From Puccinia triticina (Eukaryota), in the NCBI GenBank assembly GCA_026914245.1, contig CP110440.1:372001-436000 (forward strand): a DNA stretch of 64,000 bases. The letters are read 5' to 3'. The notes below the pieces were generated by a model. The model ran no database searches and had not been told where the DNA came from. It saw only the letters and a program-made list of their open reading frames with translations. Within the stretch, counting starts at the first letter, position 1. Every line of letters starts with the position of its first letter. This document shows positions 21,700-35,927 of this stretch, one piece after another. Made by a program: the position numbers and the translations under genes.

Positions 21700-24600
21700 C
21701 ATATCAGGAGGTGAATATTCCACCACCGATGACTGGTGATGTGCCATGCTTCACCTTTAGTCTTGAAGGATGTCAGAGGGGGTTTTCACGGGGACCAGGA
21801 AGTGCCATGGATGTTTTCCTGTTGGGTGAAACACCATAATTTCTACCATATCAATTCTCACTTGAGAAGTGGGGTTTGGGACTAGGCATGAACACTCCTG
21901 TGCCACTTGTGTGGCTTATGTCTACCGGTTCTCTGGTGGTATTCTGAGGGCCTAAGATGGCAATATGGTAGCTGAAAAAATTGCTCCCCCACATTTGGCC
22001 ACATTGAAAGTGTCAGTCATCAGGTCTACTAAATTGTTGAAGGATTTCATACACATCAGACCTAGGGAAACTGGCAGTTGTTTGGCAACATGGAATCCCA
22101 ACAAATGAATTCCCACACCCAAATGAAACCTCAAATCTCCTTTCCCGGCCTGTGTTGTGCGTTTTGTTGAGCATTTTGCATGCAATTCCCATTGCTGAAG
22201 TGAGAGTCTGATTTTTTGCCGTTGTAGCTTAAATCCTGCTGTGATTTAATCCTGGTTGGATAATTGAATGACAGACACCGCTCTCTCCACTGGCACAGGG
22301 CACACTGGCCCAGAAGAAAACAAACTGGGCAGAGGATGTAGCACATTAACTCTGACAGTGTTATGGGGAAGCATTGTGGCACTCACAGGCACTTGGTATT
22401 GCTGTCCACATTACAGATGGGAAACAAGGGGGTATTCCATTTCTCCACTGGCTAATGTTACAAGGAGAGTGAAGTTTCTTCATGCCCACCGGTGCCAGCA
22501 AGTGCATGTGATCCTGTTTCAATTTCTGTAGTGTTGAATCAGTATCCCAAGCATTCATTCTCAAGCACCCCTCCCTGAGCTTGGTCCAGTGAAGCCATGA
22601 TCTCACACTCGTGCAATGCACATTGCTGCCTCGCCATCATCTAGCAGCCTCTGCCCCAAAGTGTGGAGTCATGCTGGATCTGTCTGTCTCTAGATTCAGG
22701 TAAACTGCCACAAGATGGCAGCATCATTTCAGAGAAGAAGTCAATTGCATTTTACATGAGAAGCTTTGTGCCATGCCCGCCTTGGATGTGTCTTTCTGGT
22801 TGAAATCCATCAGCCATGCTTTGGATGCTCCTTTCTGGTAGACATTGGCCATGCAGAAGGGCAAGCAGATCTGCCCGCAGTTCACAAAATCATCACAACC
22901 ACCTACAGAGTGCTTTCTGTCTCAAAGGCAACCAACATCATTAATCTCACACATTTTTCCTACTTGGGATAGCCCTCAGTGGCTGCTCCAAGGGACAGTT
23001 GCCATCCGTCAAGTCAACATGAGTAGCACCCATCAATACTTGTGGGGGGTATCTGGTGCACTCAATCATAGACCCACCGCTTGCCAGGGGCATTTTGAGC
23101 ATATTGGGCAAACCGGCTGGCACAGCTTCTAGAGCACTTATATGACACAAGCGGATTATGGCAGTCACCGGTGTAGCTATGGATTCTTTGGGGTGAATCA
23201 CGTTTTCCTAAATGACCATAGACACCAGGCAATTTGATCCTGTGGCTTTCACAAAGAGCCCCTCTGCCCCAACTCACCTGATTCTGTGCATCAATAATTG
23301 GTGAAGAGCACACTTGCAAGTGGGAGATGGGGTTTGCTCTTGATTGTGGCCCTTCAGAATACAAGACAGTCACACCCAGCAGCATGTATGATGTGTCCTA
23401 CCAGCAAGGGGGATCTTCACTCACAGGTGGATCAGATATGGTTCTCACAAACTGTGCATCTGGGTGGTCACCCTGGACTTTGGATTTTTAGTTTTGGCCA
23501 GGTAACATCAAGTTCAACCTGTGGCATTGTGTCTTTCATGACAATAAGATTCATCAGCGGCTTGGAAGTTGGGTGTGCTGAACTTTGTACGAGTGGAAGT
23601 GAACCACAAAGTGACCGCCTATAACCAAGCTGTTATGAGCTCATTTGAGTTGAATGACAGCCAATGGCCATAGGAAGGTTTGTCACACACAGTTGCATCG
23701 CGGATTTTTTTTGAGGTTTAAGTAGAACATGGGTTACAGAGAAAGCCAGCCACAGGATCACCACAAATCAAGGGAGATCAATGGATGTCCACCCTGATGG
23801 ACGGCCGTACGTTAAGGTGGACATACTTGTCCAACCAGATCTGCGGTTCTTGGGCCCGACTGCAAGTGCCCGCAAGACCCAGTCGTGACGTTGGTTCAAG
23901 CCTTGTGTTGAATGATGAAAGGGAAGAAGGAAAGTGCGTGTGCACAGCAATTTATGACCAGACAAATCAAGGTAAATAATGGGAAACAAGTGTGGGCAAG
24001 GCTTTGAGAAGGAGGAAAACATCTTCACTGAAAGGGGAGTGGAGAATGCCAGACTGCCGCAGTGATGTGACTGCATTTAATTAAGGCAAACATGGTTCTG
24101 AATTACGTAGACCCCGGCCCCGAAATGTGCCTATTGTGAGGCAGGTCTCCCTTTGTTGGGGGATCAAAGGCGCGACTGGCATGAATAGCCGGCATGAGGC
24201 TATGTTCTCTTTCGGTGGAAGTGTTGCTGCACCCATCCTGATTCCATTTAAGCTCGACTTTTGCAGAGATTGCGTCTGAAGTTAGCCCCACTGCCATCCA
24301 TCTACACGCCTCCCAAAAATGATTGAGGTGGCCGGTAACATTCACCTTTCTAATACCAATCCAACCCACATCCGCCAAGTAGGAGACGCAATTCACATTA
24401 TCACTTGCATCAAGTCCTATCAGATCTCTTGAGAAATTCAAATGTCGCCCTACCAAGAGTACACAGTAGTTTTAAAATCTTCACATTCAGCGGTCCCCGC
24501 GATCCTATACGACTTCTGCACCCAAGTCTTTTTCTCTGGTCAACTTGTCGTTTACCCCAGTCCAAGTCTCCCGGTCATTTGTGTCGAGCGTGGAGCTTGG

Positions 24601-25450
24601 CAGGTTCATCGAGGGCACTTTCCCCTTGCTCAGGAATTCGAGAACACTCACGCCTTTGGTTCAGTCTATGTTGCGAAGGTACACATGAACCGTTTTGCCG
24701 GTTGCGTGGGGTGGATTGAAGTTGTGGATCAAGAAATGAACTTAGTCAGTCTCTTCCCGTTACAACTGACCATCATATGTGTTAGAGTGGTTAATTGGAG
24801 TGTTGAGGATGCATGATGTAGTCTAAGCTTGGTCGCATAAAGCTTTCGGCAACCCATGGCCAAGCGCACAAGTGCTTTCAGACGCTTCAACGTGGAGATC
24901 GCGTTAGGTTTGGAGGCGTGGCAGCAGAAGTTTCAAGTTCTGGAGGCGAGTTGCTTGTGTTGGGTGTCAGTAATTTCTTCCAAGTGATGTTCTGTATGAG
25001 GTTTTGAACTGAATGAGTATCCCGCAGGTTGAGTATGCTTCAAGGCTCCCAAGATTTGAGAAGACCACGTACAATCTGAGACAAAATCCAAAAACCCGCT
25101 TTGATCTCCGAGTAAAAGATTGGAAGGCACCTGCAAACATCAGACAAAAGCAGCGCAAGAGGGGCCATCACAAGAATTTTTAACCGTTCTTAGTCCCATC
25201 ATTTTCATGTTCCGAGCTTGTGCAATGTTGTAATCATGCTGAATATGATCTGCAGAGCCTACTTTGAGGTGCCAATTATGTGTCCGGAGTTGCCAGTTTG
25301 GTGGATCATTCGTCCAAGTCATGGTCTTGGCAAGCAAGCGGCTGGCTTGCCAGGACCACTGCACGTTCTGGATCCGGCTTGCACATCTAAGATGTAACAC
25401 TGAGGGTGCTGCAACTGGGGCGGCTACTCTGCCTCAGGCCCATTGACCCA
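21700..25450 (-). pseudogene. Decayed orphan coding sequences (probably two or more genes) in the CACTA left arm
   Basis: Chains of short minus-strand ORFs broken by stops and frameshifts (21952-22185, 22361-22621, 22947-23201, 24103-24456, 24933-25400). No domain recognised. Confidence 0.35.
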
Positions 25451-25660
25451 CAGCAACAGCGCACAATAGCTTGATTGCTCTGAGGAGTTGTGCACGAATT
25501 CATCAAGATTGGTAGTTGAGGAATGTTAATTTAAAATTGATAAAATCCACGGGAGGGACAGTGCATTGAAGCTAGCTCCCAAATACCTCTCTCAGGCGTA
25601 CAAAGATTTGGAATCACACATAATCAAACTTTGGGTATGTATGTAGGAAACACTGGTCCT

Positions 25661-28155
25661 TTAGCACTCCTCGATTTCTCCTGATGTGTGCGGCAGGAGG
25701 AAAGATGAGGTAGGATTGAAGGTCTTCCAATGGTTCAGAAAGTCATTGGTGATGGCCTGGGCCAGCTCCATCCTGGTTGGCACTTGCACACTCGCAAGAG
25801 AGCAGATCTGTCCAGATGACTGAAAGACAGGGCTAAATATCCGTACAAGGTATGCCAAGAGGTTCTTCCAAATAGGCTTGTCGGGAGGGTGTGGGATCTT
25901 GGAGTTTGCCGTGATAATTGCCATTGCTTGGATCATTGACATGCATCCAGAAACTCCTGCCGTCCGATGGTCCCTCAAGGTGATGAACAGGCCACGAACT
26001 CCACCAAGAACAAAGTAGACAAGAGGCTGAAAGTTCTGCTTTCTTTGGTATCGTTGGAGGTTTTGAGAAGCTTCCTCAAAAGTGTTGGCCAACTCTGCAG
26101 GATTTTTCTCGACCTGGCAAACGGATGAGTTGGCTGACGGGGCGCGATTGGCACGGGTTTTTGCCTTCTTCTTTGCTTCAGTCATAGGAGCGTCGCTGAG
26201 ATGGTGTGTTTGGAAGATGATGTAGGCCATCAAAACATCAAGAATGATCTTGCGGAATTCGTGTAAAACATCCACCGAGTGGAAACGCTCGGGGGGTTGG
26301 GAGGAGGATTCATTAGCTTGTGGCGGAGGGTCGAAGCTGGATGTTGAATTTTTCATGGCGTCAAGATAGGAGAGAGTTTCAACACCTCGATTGATGTGAT
26401 CGGTCTCGCATGTGGAATCGACTTGAGCTGGCTTGAGAATGTTGTCAGCCATTAGCTCTACAGAAGCTGCGATGAGCCTGGCCCACTTGGTGTGGACATG
26501 TTGAGGGGGGTTCAGTAACCTAAACAAGAACCAAACGAGAGTGGACTCGGGATGTTGAGTCTTGGCACCGGTTGGGATGAACGTTCCGGGTCTTAGCTTG
26601 TTGTCCTTGTTTGCAAAGCTGGTGAGAAGCTGGAAATCAACTAGATCTGGGCAATACCATTGCTCGTGGTCTGAGTGCGATAGGAATCGGTCAGCTGAAA
26701 GCAAACACAAAATATTGTCTCAGTTCTTTCACACCAGAGCAATTGACATCGATGATAGAAAGAGAGTCTCACCTAGGGACGTGATAGTGTGCATCCAAGC
26801 GGCGTATGAGCAAGATGTTCGATGGAAATCAAATGTAGGAGGCCCTGGAGGTGAATTTTGGGCTGCCCTTGCACAGTGTTGAAGCAGGGAGGTCAGGGAC
26901 GTCCAGGTGGTCTGATATTTTGACCAGTTTGGTTTGGTGCCATCTACATGTTGATGAATGCTGACCACCTCTCTGCGAATTGTGTTGGATTTGATAATTG
27001 TTAGTAGAGGAGAGCTTGGGATGGGATTGGGCCCTCTTGTGTCCGAGGGGGTTGGGTTAGCCATGCTGGATGTTGTTTGACCGGGATCTGGGGGAGGAGT
27101 GCTTTGGTCTGGAGTCTCGGGATTGAACAGAGGTGTTTCATTGGGTCCATCGGAATCCTCGCCTCCATGGGCGGTATGCACGTTTGAACAATGAGAGTCT
27201 GTTGGTGGTGGCAGAGAAGGGTCTGTGGGCATCAAGTCGGTAGGCGCTGCATGATTGGAAGGACCGGACCTGGCGCAGTCGGCGGATGAGGGATCAGCGG
27301 GTGGTGAACTCCAGCTTTCAAATTGTCGGGTTGTGCCGGTGTCTGCCTGGGGCCCCGTTGGTGCGTCAAGACGATTACGGGACAGGGCGGTTGTGGAGTC
27401 AGTCGCCTGGCTGCCAGCAGTGGGCCCTGGGGCAGGAGGTTTGCTTTGGCCTTCACCAAGGGTTTTGTTGGATGAGGATGCGGGCTTGTTGAGGAGATCA
27501 ACGGGCTTTTGGCCTGAGGGCTTCTTTGGACGTTTGCGAGTGCGGAGTTTGCGAGGTGCCAAGTGCTTGGATGTCTTAGAGCTGATGGTGGCCAAGTGGG
27601 TGATTTTGATGTCCTCCTCATCCGGAAGCGCCCCATCTGCTTCCCACTCTTCTCGAACCCGCCAGAGCGTCAGTTTTGCGTGGATAGTGTTTGTGGCAGG
27701 ATGATTGGTTCACGGAACAGGCTTACTTCGTTTGCAGGCTGTGATAGACAAGGCTAGCTTTTCGGCAACCCATTTGCAACTTCGAGGGAGTTTGAGAGCA
27801 AGGATTTCTTCGGCTGATTGGGTGGCTGCTTCGATGGATTGTCCGAACTCTTCTGCACTGATCTCCTGTATCTCAGTAGGAAGGATCGCCTTTTTAGGTT
27901 GTAATAATCCCGGAGCGACTGACAACGGGCTCTGGAGTGCAAACTGTGCAAAAGATGGTGCAGTCAGTAGTGGCCTCCGCGAGGTGTTCTGTTTGAGTTC
28001 CTGTTGGGCTTTGGCAATGGTAGTGTGTCAGCTTGAGCTCAGGGCACTAGGCGCAGATTTTGCCGGTTCTTACTAGGAGGAGGAGTACCATCCGATGAAT
28101 TAGAAGATTCTTCTGAAGACTCAGACTGACTGAAATCGGTACTGGGAGGTTGCAT
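25661..28155 (-). pseudogene. Large orphan cargo gene (~800 aa): disordered P/S/T-rich N-half and helical C-half
   Basis: Collinear ORFs 27710-27925, 26729-27595 and 25661-26710, with a probable ATG at 28155 (MQPPSTDF). Interrupted by stops and frameshifts. Confidence 0.6.
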
Positions 28156-29649
28156 CTTTTGGTTGGCGTTTGACTTCTGTTGATGGGAAGGGAGGAGGAG
28201 GATTGAAATCACAGAGGGTTGGCCGGATTGAGTGGAGGGTGGGACAAACGAATAGGAGCTGAAATCGGTGGGCTTTTACACCCCAACTGAAAAGAAACAC
28301 AGCCTTTGCGAAGTCGTGTCCACCCAGCCTTTGTATTCATGCTGTGAACATCTCCCTTGTTCAAACCTGCCAGCTTGCTTGGCTGCTCAGCGCAACGATG
28401 CAGCTGCCTTATTTGGGACAAAATGATGACATAATGTGCTCATGTGGGCAGTTTAAGATTCTTATTTTCAAGCATTGGTGATGAAATCTTGCTCACTGAA
28501 GAGTCAAGACTCATGCCTGTAGATGTCAGCCGTATCTGAGACACAACTTTGTGAATGGCAGAAAGCTGAGGTCACTCTTGTGTTTGCCCGTCAGCAGACA
28601 TGTGTCTGCTCGCGGGCAAACACAAGAGTGGTTCCTCACTCATCGGTGTGGAGGCGTTAAGATGCGCTGCGTACCGACTTGGTAATCGTATATGCCTGTC
28701 CATGTCCACCGCAACGGACGGCCGTACGTTGTGGTGGACACTGATTTTGAAGGTGAATCTCAACTTGGTGGGGATTTGGTCCAAGCCTAATCATCCCTGA
28801 GTCCAACCGGAACAGCCGGGATACGACCAAGTTCAAGGACGCATCAGCACTGCCACGTCCCAGAGATCTCACTACCAAGAAGTTCAGCTGATGTAGACTT
28901 GGCGTGGTCTACCTCCAGCACATGACTGATTCCCTTTCTGGTCCCACACAATGAGTACAGTCCACTGCGTGTCAGTGCCTGAAGTTGTCCACCGTAACGT
29001 TCAGCCGTACGTTAGGGTGGACACCCAATGCCTCACAGTGTCTGCACTGTGCACGAGTGACCAAATGTTTTAAGCAACGGTGCACCCTTCATGACACTTA
29101 CATAGATCGTTCACCGAGGTGGGGGGGCCGAGGTGTTTGTGCTGTAGGTGCGTGCGTGAGTATCTGTGGCTGTGCGTCACAGTCACTTCAACTCGGACAC
29201 AGACATCACGGGTTGGGCTTTGAGGAAGAGCCTCATGACAATTGGGCTAAAGTGGGCTGCGGCGCGAATTTGGGGGCTCCTTACACACTGTCCACCGCAA
29301 CGTACGGCCAAACGTTACGGTGGACAACCATTATCATGGTTCTCCCCGTAACACCCATCTGAGCTTTTGCATCACTCTCATTTGTGCTCTGGGCCTCCAC
29401 ATGGTATCAACGAGTGAGCCCCAGATGTGAATCATCATAACTCGCACTCAGTCTCATGGACATTGGTCTACTGCAACGGTGCACAAGCTTTGCAGCGCGG
29501 TGAATCCAGATTAATCCCACCAATCCCTCACTCTTCAGCGGGTCGAGGATGAATAATTCATTACTGATAACACATTTTGAAAACGGTAGAACCCACCCCA
29601 TGGATGTATCTTGAGATTTTGAGACGCGGAAGAAGGGAGGAAGGGCGCC

Positions 29650-31379
29650 TCAATGATCTACTTCCATTGAGCCCCCTGGTGCTGACCCCGCCGGTCCTGA
29701 TGCGGGTCCCTGCCCAGAGCCTCCGCCCGTTGATCCAATCGCCCCGGGGACTCCTCCAGGTGTGGAATTCGTGGCTGCCAAAGAACTGCTGGATGCCGAG
29801 TTTCCAACGTGCCGGTGGCAGAGTTTACTCATGTTTTCGGCAATAGTCTTGAGATCCATAGCGGGGACTTTTGAGACGGTATCTCGCTCGAAACCGCTGA
29901 GCTGCTTCCAATATGACTGACTATAGCAATCAATTGGCAACCCGCGTGGTACCCCGACAATTCCCTTGGTGTGTTTGAAGGTCCGTGTGGACCGCGTGTA
30001 TAGGTTGTGGTTCGCGGCGATGGTCTTCGGATGCTGGGCCTGCGCAATCACCATTTTGTCAAGGCAGTGGAGGATAGTCGTGAGATCGTCACTTCGCCAG
30101 TCCCCCACAACACCAACAGGTGCCAATCCCTTCCCAGCATCTTCAATATCAGAGCCGCATTCCTTTCGTTCCATGATGCTGGCCAAGTTGATGTTTTTGT
30201 CAAACGACTTGTCGATAATTTCACATCTCTTGTCCTTGATCTGAAGCAGTATACCATCACCCAGAAAACAACAGGTAAGTCAGCTGGCAGTACAGGAGAC
30301 ACAGAATATTATTACCGGGAACATACCCTCTTGCGCCATCGTTGATATTGCTCTTTTTTAGCCTTCAATTCCTTCATCTTGTCGTAAGCGGCTTGATCCA
30401 TATTTTGGTATTCCCGAATCTCACGTGACTTGGTGTTGAGCCATCGGCGGATGATAGCGGGAGCTTGACCAGCCTGCTGGTCAGACACCGAGGTTGTTCG
30501 CCGAATCCATTCGACTGCCTTCAACGCCAGCACTTCCGTTATAGATGAGTTCCAAGCAGAGGTAACATCCCCGCCGGCTTCCCACTGGAAGGTGACCCGT
30601 GAGATTCCAGCCAACGCCAGGGTCCTCTCGACATTGGCTGTAGTTTGGGCGTTGATTGGCTGAAAGCCTCTCCCTGGGCCCTTCAAGACGGCTGGAGTAA
30701 AGGGTGGTTGGGTCATGTTTTTGCGGATTTCTTTCTCAGCCACAGACACATAGTAGTCGATCTCTGCCTCTGTCTTGCCAGCAAGAGATGTTCGGACCCT
30801 ATCCAATTGAGTGAGGATGGTAGCACTGCGCTGCTCGATCCAGTATCGGTTGTGCAGCTCACCATTGTTTGGCGAGACGGGGTAGTCTTGAGGCTTGTCT
30901 GGATTGCCAAGAAAGAATTTGACAAATCCCTGGATCTTCCGAGAGTAGAGGTCGTAGTGCTCGGCCAGTGATCCCTTTTGCGCTATTCCTTTGGCGCGTC
31001 GGCCCGATCGCCGCTTGCCCTCCGCATCCTCTGCTTGTTGTCTGGCTTGTCTGGCCTTGGATACCACAAAGTGAGGGTCCAAGCGCGATTCGTCAGCGAC
31101 CTCAGGGCTCATTTGCTCCGCCAGAGGCACCCCTACCAAAACGTGAGGAATGTCAGTCCGGAGATCCTCTGGTGATGTGTGCAAGCTCTTCCACTTGCCT
31201 TGATTGTCAGTCCCCATCGAGGAATCACCGCCGACGCGGGTTCCTTCGGCCTGGAATTCGGGAACAAGGCGATCCACCAGCGAGGAAATCCATCCGTCCT
31301 CAGGAGCTCTCATTGGGGAAGAATCACCCGTATCCTCGGGTTGGTCACCTGGGGGACCACTTGCATCATTCATGACCAC
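29650..31379 (-). CDS. CACTA accessory protein (ORF2-like), two exons
   Basis: ORFs 30312-31379 and 29650-30186 joined by an intron of about 30241-30326. Motifs FQW..SAWN, GSDIE, WRS and VPRGLPIDCY. Lies directly downstream of the transposase. Confidence 0.7.
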
Positions 31380-31834
31380 CTGTTATCGCTGGAAGGATTG
31401 AGACAGCGCGTGGAAGTACGGATTTTAGTATCAAAGGGGCACGGCGGAGGGTCTGATTAATTCAAGCTTGATACGTCTGAGGCTAATTTCTCGGGAGATA
31501 GGGTTGCAATGATAAGAGAACTAAGTCACAACAGTGACTATACTCAGAAGATAAAAAAATTCAGACAGACATCGGACTGAGATAGCTCTGACGGTGAACA
31601 GCGGAGTATCTTGGTCTTAGATTATGTGCGTATACAGCAAGAGTCAATTGAATCCTCTGGCTCCTTTGTTCCACTCCTGACTCGTTCAACTTGCCGAGGC
31701 ACAGCACACCCTTTCACAGATACTTCATATCAGCTCTCCACCACGCCCTCCCAACCCTGAAGCAAACAGTAACCAAAGCATTGTGCTCAGATTAACCACA
31801 CACATCAGTTTGAATTGTAGCCAAACAAACTCAC

Positions 31835-34232
31835 CCCGGTCCCCAATCCAACAGCACTCACGGTTTCAATAGGCAGTCCAAAGGTCCCCGCTGCATGTGA
31901 CATTATGGCAACATGCCCAATAATTCGATCGCTGTCGATCACCACTGCACTGTCATGCTTGGCCTTGACTAATCAACAGTTGAGATCCGGATAATTGCCA
32001 TAAGGATCCTCACTCCTTTGAAGCTCGTCAAAAGGGTTGATGACCAACCAAATTTTTGACGGTGTTTGGCCGGAACGGAAAATTAGTTCTGTCTTGCCAA
32101 ACCGTTGATTCTGGCCTAGGAAGAACTCAACCAAGCAGTTTCCATGGTGCTGCTGCTTTGATGTGAAGGATTTTCTGTTTAGCAGAACACTTTTCACCAC
32201 TTCAACCGCGGGGCTCAAATGTTGATCTAACTGAGCCGAGCCCCGCCTGCCGCTGGATCCACTGTTGCGCACCACCGCGCGTTTCCACTTCTGGAACAAA
32301 GGCTTGTCAAGGTTGAATATTGCGCCTTCCTTTGTCTCTAAATAATCTCCACCTGACAAGCTCCGGCATGTGGGGTCATTGAGGAGAAAGGAAAAGTTTG
32401 AGTTGATATGCCATTTCGTAATCAAAGTCTTGGGTATCTTGTCTGTTTCAGAATGAATCAATGAGTTATCAACTTCGTCAGCAGAGAAGTACACATGAGC
32501 AAACACTGACTGAGGTGGTGGTTTGTCGGTAACCTCTGCAACATCCCGTTTACCCTTTCCTGCGCCCAAGCTGCCGTGGATCAAGGAGGGCCAAAGCAAC
32601 GGATCACTTCGCTGAAATGCTGTGTGAGATGCAAGTTTGGTGTGCTGGGTTCTCCTGGCCACCCACTATGTAAACATTTTTGGTACTCCAATATCATACA
32701 GTCGAGTTCGCCAAGATCTTGCCGCTTGATCTTTGGGAGGGTCAGAAAGTGTGCAATTTTCGACAGTGTGGAGGTTGATTCTAGGAGGAAAGAAATTCGC
32801 CTCCTGCTCTCCTCTGTGGCGGCTTCCCGGTGAGCTTTGACCCACAGGGGAATCAAGGCAATAGTGTAGTACACCTTGTAAAGTATTAGCCACTCAGCAG
32901 CCTTCAAGGAACCATGATTGGCCGCGCCCAAATTTCGCGGCAATCTATCGATCCAAGATGGCAAGACCGTGTGTAGAATCGTTCGGCGCACAACGTCAAG
33001 TTCCTCCGGCAGCAACCTGGGACTATCAGAATCTTCACCTCTTATGGGTCGGGCGCGCGATTTCCTTTGGCCAGCTGTGATAGTATCATCGCTCCGGCCA
33101 TCCTCCTCCGTCTCACTGATCTCCTCTTCAACATACAACTTGGAGAGGTCTTTCTTCCTTGAACGGAGCAGATAGGAATTTGTGGATGTGGATGAAGAGT
33201 CAGAGCTGGCCTGAGTTTGAACGATAGCACTTTTGGAAGGCCCAATGCTGGAGGCTTGTCGTGTTCTCTTCCTAGTGTGATCCGCGGCAGGAGGGTCCTC
33301 ACTCGGATTGGCACGCTTGCGTTTGCTCCTGCGATTGACGTGCTGGGCCTGATCAGCAAATGGAGGCTCGCCGTACGATTTAGCATTCTGCCAGTTTTCA
33401 TCGAGCTCTTGCATAGATTGGAGCCGGGCTCCAGCTGAGGCCAGATCCATAAAACGCATGCTGTGGTCCTTCAGTTCACCCAGGATCAACGCGTGCATGA
33501 GTTCAATTGAAGAGTGCCGAACGGGGCGCCAATAAGGAAGCTCGTTGAGAACACTCCATCGGACACCGTGCAAAAGGCTTGGAGCATTGTGGAGGATCTT
33601 CACCGTTGTTCGAGTACAGTGCAAAGCATTTCTTGCAACACACCCGCGTTGTTAACTGGGGATTCAAGCCGAGGCAATGGAAGACGGCGTCGGGAGTCTT
33701 GGGGATTTGCTCAAAAATTGGCATCGGATCAATATTTGTAGAATTCTTCATGCTCCAGATCTGCGCAAGAAGTAGAACGTTCGCCCTTGCAGCCTCCAAG
33801 AAATCAGCGGCACCAGCTTTACTGAGCTTGTTGGAAAAGATTGAAGACACCAGCTGAGTCATTACTTGCTTGCAAAAAGATTCTTCCAGAAAGACCCGCG
33901 TCGCACTAGTAGTGGTGCCGGCAACTTGTGAAGAGCCCAATGGGTGGACAATCGGAACACTCTGCTAATACTGAATCAGCATGTGCTTTCATCTTCAAGC
34001 AGTAAATCACATTGATTCCACTCACAGCATCACTGGTTGACGATTGGGGAATGCGTTCGGAGTGAGGTGGCTGATGTTTCGACCTTTCAAGCTCCGTCTT
34101 TCTCTGATGCGTTTGGAAAGCGCGCTTAGACAACACTCTCCCAGCAACGACGCCTCTGCCCTCTTCTTCATGTTGCTGTGTGTTGCAGCCATACGAAACA
34201 CAGTGACAGACATGGAGAGGCCGGTTGACCAT
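31835..34232 (-). pseudogene. CACTA/EnSpm (Tnp2-like) transposase, catalytic core deleted, premature stops
   Basis: N-terminal CHCVSYGC and LGLNPQLTTRVCCKKCFALY. C-terminal GVRWSVLNELPYW..ELMHALILG, LPSWIDRLPRNLG..GSLKAAEW and PNLHLTQH..FGPP*STAAWAQERVNG. The two halves are fused out of frame near 33575. Confidence 0.8.
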
Positions 34233-34891
34233 TTTGTGTTGTGCGTTTGTTGTTAGAGGAAGTGACGTTCAAGTATCAGAAATGGGAGTCAACTGCCGCC
34301 TTCACCAACAAGGACAACTAGAACTGCACGTCACGTTGAAGGCCTCTCTGCATGCAGGAGGCACAACCTGATCATGCCAGGCAAGCCACTTAATTTGACG
34401 CTGACAACAGAACCATGGCTGATGGTGTTCTGGTGGCACCCTGATGTCAGCGCTGTATCTGTGTCACGTCTGTCCCCTCAAACAGCGCCAGTCTGTTGGT
34501 ACAGTAGAAATATATAGAGAGATTTGCAGGTCTGCCAAAAAAGCCAGTTACATAGTGTCACTGGGTGACTGGTGCTGCACATCGGAGGCACATTCCATCC
34601 TTCCTTGGAAAAGCAAGGAAGTGCGTACACAAACTTGCAACAGTAAGCCCCTTGTTAAATCCTCCTTGGCTCCAACAAGAGACTATCAACATCACAGCAG
34701 ACAAGCCACCGGCGGAATAAAGCAGGACCCCTGGCTCTCGTTGAAATATCTTAGTTCCTGTGGACAGACACAGGCTGTTGCAGCATTCATCTATCCAACT
34801 CATCATTCGCAGCCTGCCCACACTAGGTTTCCTTCAACTGCTAGTAAAGACCATCATCCCACAAACATCCCCACCCCCACACACACCCAAA

Positions 34892-35449
34892 ATGCAGGAC
34901 AAATCCGCTTTCACTCCCACCCAACTCAAATGGCTGCAAGACAGTCAGAAAGTGGTAGACTCTGAAATGCAGCGGACCGTGGACAAATCACCAGGCGATG
35001 CAGATCATCAAACCGTCAACCAGAATTTGACCTACCGGTTTCAAGGCAAGTTGCTGGCAGATGCCTTCGACAGGAAGATCCCCCGCTGGGCTGTTCCAAA
35101 TGTTACCGCAACTTGGAATGCTATCAGAACCCGTCAGGGACTCGGTAAGAGCCTTCCCACCTCCCTGGCCCCTCTGAAGATGGAGGTTCTGATAACTCTG
35201 TTGAATCACTGCTCCCAGGTCCAATCAACTTTGAGGCGTGTATGGGTTCTACACAAGCGATGGCCAAAGAAGGAAGTTTGTGACTTCGCCACTTCCATGC
35301 AAAAAGGTCAGAGAGCACTTGTCACAATGTGTTTGACATTGCTTACCAATCTATGCACCCATCCCGTTGCGTGGAGCCAGGCACAAAGACGCCATACAGG
35401 TATCCTGATCACAAGCTGTCTCTGGTGGGTCAATCCTGAAAGCTTGTGA
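34892..35449 (+). CDS. Orphan cargo ORF, divergent from the transposase
   Basis: ATG at 34892 (MQDKSAFTPTQLKWLQD). Coding-like sequence continues out of frame toward the TRIM insertion. Confidence 0.45.
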   Translation: MQDKSAFTPTQLKWLQDSQKVVDSEMQRTVDKSPGDADHQTVNQNLTYRFQGKLLADAFDRKIPRWAVPNVTATWNAIRTRQGLGKSLPTSLAPLKMEVLITLLNHCSQVQSTLRRVWVLHKRWPKKEVCDFATSMQKGQRALVTMCLTLLTNLCTHPVAWSQAQRRHTGILITSCLWWVNPESL

Positions 35450-35630
35450 AACCGTATAGTCACTCCTGCTGGTAATCCTGGACCTACTTGTATCGGCAAG
35501 CTATCCCCTCCTTGGGAGAAAGAGCCAGCTTGTCAATTCATATGAACGCGGGGCAAATGTCACTTAGCACTCTGGCAGAGCTTGCAAGGCTGTTTCACAG
35601 GCACCAGTGTAGAGCGAGTAAAAGGAATAG

Positions 35631-35702
35631 TGCGGACAGGGGGAATCGAACCCGCATCTCCCCGATGCATGCTGGGTTGCTCTACCGTTGAGCTATATCC
35701 AC
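35631..35702 (-). ncRNA. tRNA-like sequence (72 nt, Ala-TGC-like) in the TRIM 3' LTR
   Basis: GTGGATA-TA-GCTC-AACGGTA-GAGC-...CATGCAT...-GCGGG-TTCGATT-CCCCC-TGTCCGC-A, followed by CTATTCCTTTT. Confidence 0.8.
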
Positions 35703-35855
35703 AGGTGTGAGGTGTACCAACATATACTACCTCTACACACCCCCTGTACACCTACACCGGTGACAGAGCCCACTAATCCTCCCAGAGGCTCATCCCAGGT
35801 ACGCAGCTGCCTATAGCGCTGGGCTCATAACCTGTAGAGCGAGTAAAAGGAATAG

Positions 35856-35927
35856 TGCGGACAGGGGGAATCGAACCCGCATCTCCCCGATGCATGCTGG
35901 GTTGCTCTACCGTTGAGCTATATCCAC
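35856..35927 (-). ncRNA. tRNA-like sequence (72 nt) in the TRIM 5' LTR
   Basis: Identical to 35631-35702. Confidence 0.8.

Noticed and set aside
22361..22621. Possible Ulp1-like protease remnant in the CACTA left arm
   Set aside because: Only a vague resemblance; no His/Asp/Cys catalytic motifs could be reconstructed by eye.
35631..35927. Tandem functional tRNA-Ala genes
   Set aside because: The anticodon stem is mispaired, the T-stem has a mismatch, and both copies lie in the LTRs of a TRIM with a TSD.
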